Assembly (NCBI GenBank): GCA_965198005.1 | Contig: CBDAOI010000002.1 | Location: forward strand, 32,001 to 96,000 | Source: Spirochaetia bacterium | GTDB lineage: Bacteria > Spirochaetota > Spirochaetia > SZUA-6 > Bin103 | Length of the DNA: 64,000 nucleotides | Direction: 5' to 3' | Shown: piece after piece, positions 62,938 through 64,000 of the stretch | Layout: the number at the start of each line of letters is the position of its first letter | Numbering within the stretch: the stretch's first letter is position 1 | Position numbers and translations under genes: made by a program | The notes under the pieces: generated by a model | Database searches by the model: none | Seen by the model: the letters and a program-made list of their open reading frames with translations, nothing else | Told to the model about the DNA's origin: nothing

Positions 62938-63272
62938 TCGCCGGCCTCCTCGGACGCCGGAGCGGGGGCCGGAGCGGGGGCCGCGGCCATCAGCCGCACC
63001 GCAATGCGGCGCTCCACCGTGAGCCGCTGCAGCTCGGGGTCGGCGCCGGCCAGCGCCGCCAGCCGTTGCGGCGACCGCAGCTCGGCGGCCGCGGCGATGA
63101 GCTGCTTGTTGCGCTCGTGCCAGAGGCGCTGCTCGCGCTCGCGCACGTTGACGGCGTTCAGCAGCCGCTCGTAGCGGTAGCCCTGCCAAGCGCCGAGCAA
63201 CAGCGCCGCCCCGAGCAGAGCGGCGGTGAGGAACAACGCCACGCGCGGAACGCGCCGGGTCTCGCTCAGCAT
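62934..63272 (-). CDS. ftsL: FtsL-like bitopic coiled-coil protein
   Basis: TM plus coiled coil with LRSPQRL; directly after rsmH. Confidence 0.72.
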   Translation of the reverse strand: MLSETRRVPRVALFLTAALLGAALLLGAWQGYRYERLLNAVNVREREQRLWHERNKQLIAAAAELRSPQRLAALAGADPELQRLTVERRIAVRLMAAAPAPAPAPASEEAGE

Positions 63273-64000
63273 GGCCGGGGCACCTGCCGGCCCGGCTTTT
63301 CGGCCACCCGCAGGCGCGCGCTGCGTGCGCGCGGGTTGCGCCGCACCTCGTCCGCGCCCGGGCGCAACGGCCGGCGCGTGAGCACCTGCACCAGGGCGGG
63401 CGCGGTGGTGTCCGGCTGCGCGCTCTCCAGCAACGTGCGCTTCACGATCCGGTCTTCCAGCGAGTGAAAGGCGATGACCCCCAGGCGCCCGCCCGGCGCC
63501 AGCCGCTCGATGGCCTGGGTCAGGCCCCGCTGCAGCCGCCCCAACTCGTCGTTGACCGCGATCCGCAACGCCTGAAATACGCGCGTGGCCGGGTGCACCC
63601 CACGCCGCCGCTGCGCCGGAGGACACGCGCTCCAGGCAACCTGCTCCAGCTCGTCGCTGGTCCGGAACGGCCGCGTCGCCCGGCGGCGCACCACTTCCCG
63701 CGCCAGCCGGCGCGCCCGGCGTTCCTCTCCGTACCGATGGAACAGATCCGCCAAGATCGACTCCGGCTCCTCATTGAGAATATCGGCCGCGGTGCGCGAC
63801 AGGCGCGTGGTGAGCCGCATGTCCAACGGCTCCGCGCGCCGGAACGAGAACCCCCGGCCGCTGGCGTCGAAGTGAAAGCTGGCCACCCCGAGGTCGAGCA
63901 GCACCAGGTCGGGGGTGCGGCTGGTGCCGGCCAGGACGTCCGCGAACCAGCCGTGCACGAACTCCGCCCGGCCGCCGAACCGGCCCAGATTGGTGCGGGC
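63266..64000 (-). CDS. rsmH: 16S rRNA m4C1402 methyltransferase RsmH (5' part outside window)
   Basis: DLGVAS, PLDMR, YGEER, TRVFQALRIAVNDEL, FHSLEDRIVK, NPRARSARLR. Confidence 0.96.
   Translation of the reverse strand, partial: ARTNLGRFGGRAEFVHGWFADVLAGTSRTPDLVLLDLGVASFHFDASGRGFSFRRAEPLDMRLTTRLSRTAADILNEEPESILADLFHRYGEERRARRLAREVVRRRATRPFRTSDELEQVAWSACPPAQRRRGVHPATRVFQALRIAVNDELGRLQRGLTQAIERLAPGGRLGVIAFHSLEDRIVKRTLLESAQPDTTAPALVQVLTRRPLRPGADEVRRNPRARSARLRVAEKPGRQVPRPC

Noticed and set aside
51647-63174. Long plus-strand ORFs (e.g. 51647-53107, 58112-59446, 60332-61654)
   Set aside because: Antisense shadows of high-GC core genes with no recognisable motifs

Overview
High-GC bacterial DNA, most likely a spirochaete. 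This is inferred from the Treponema/Borrelia-like gene order rsmH-ftsL-murF-ftsW-ftsQ-ftsA-ftsZ-xerD-dprA-(topA relic)-xerC-hslV-hslU at 51.7-64 kb and from Cys-less 'WASG/FASG' signal peptides on the binding proteins. The left ~51 kb is an accessory island. It holds six recognisable minus-strand family-5 (Dpp/Opp-type) ABC cassettes (binding protein-DppB-DppC, never an ATPase) plus two shattered ones. These alternate with blocks of toxin-antitoxin genes in which antitoxins are mostly intact and toxins broken, Fic proteins, AAA/AlbA/Rpn remnants, a repeat-containing HNH nuclease gene and IS elements (ISNCY-like, IS1182, IS66+DUF4338, IS110 remnant). The least expected signals are: (i) Shine-Dalgarno-equipped micro-uORFs (MPPKTGYD*, MKSPYD*, MILKEPHARAA*) followed by a conserved, covarying RNA structure upstream of the three full-length binding-protein genes, suggesting an undescribed attenuator; (ii) an HNH gene carrying an array of 16-bp palindromes; (iii) pervasive deletion and fragment-patchwork junctions; (iv) several unannotated dispersed or tandem non-coding repeats. 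No rRNA, tRNA or CRISPR array was recognised. All family calls are from motif recognition by eye, not database searches.
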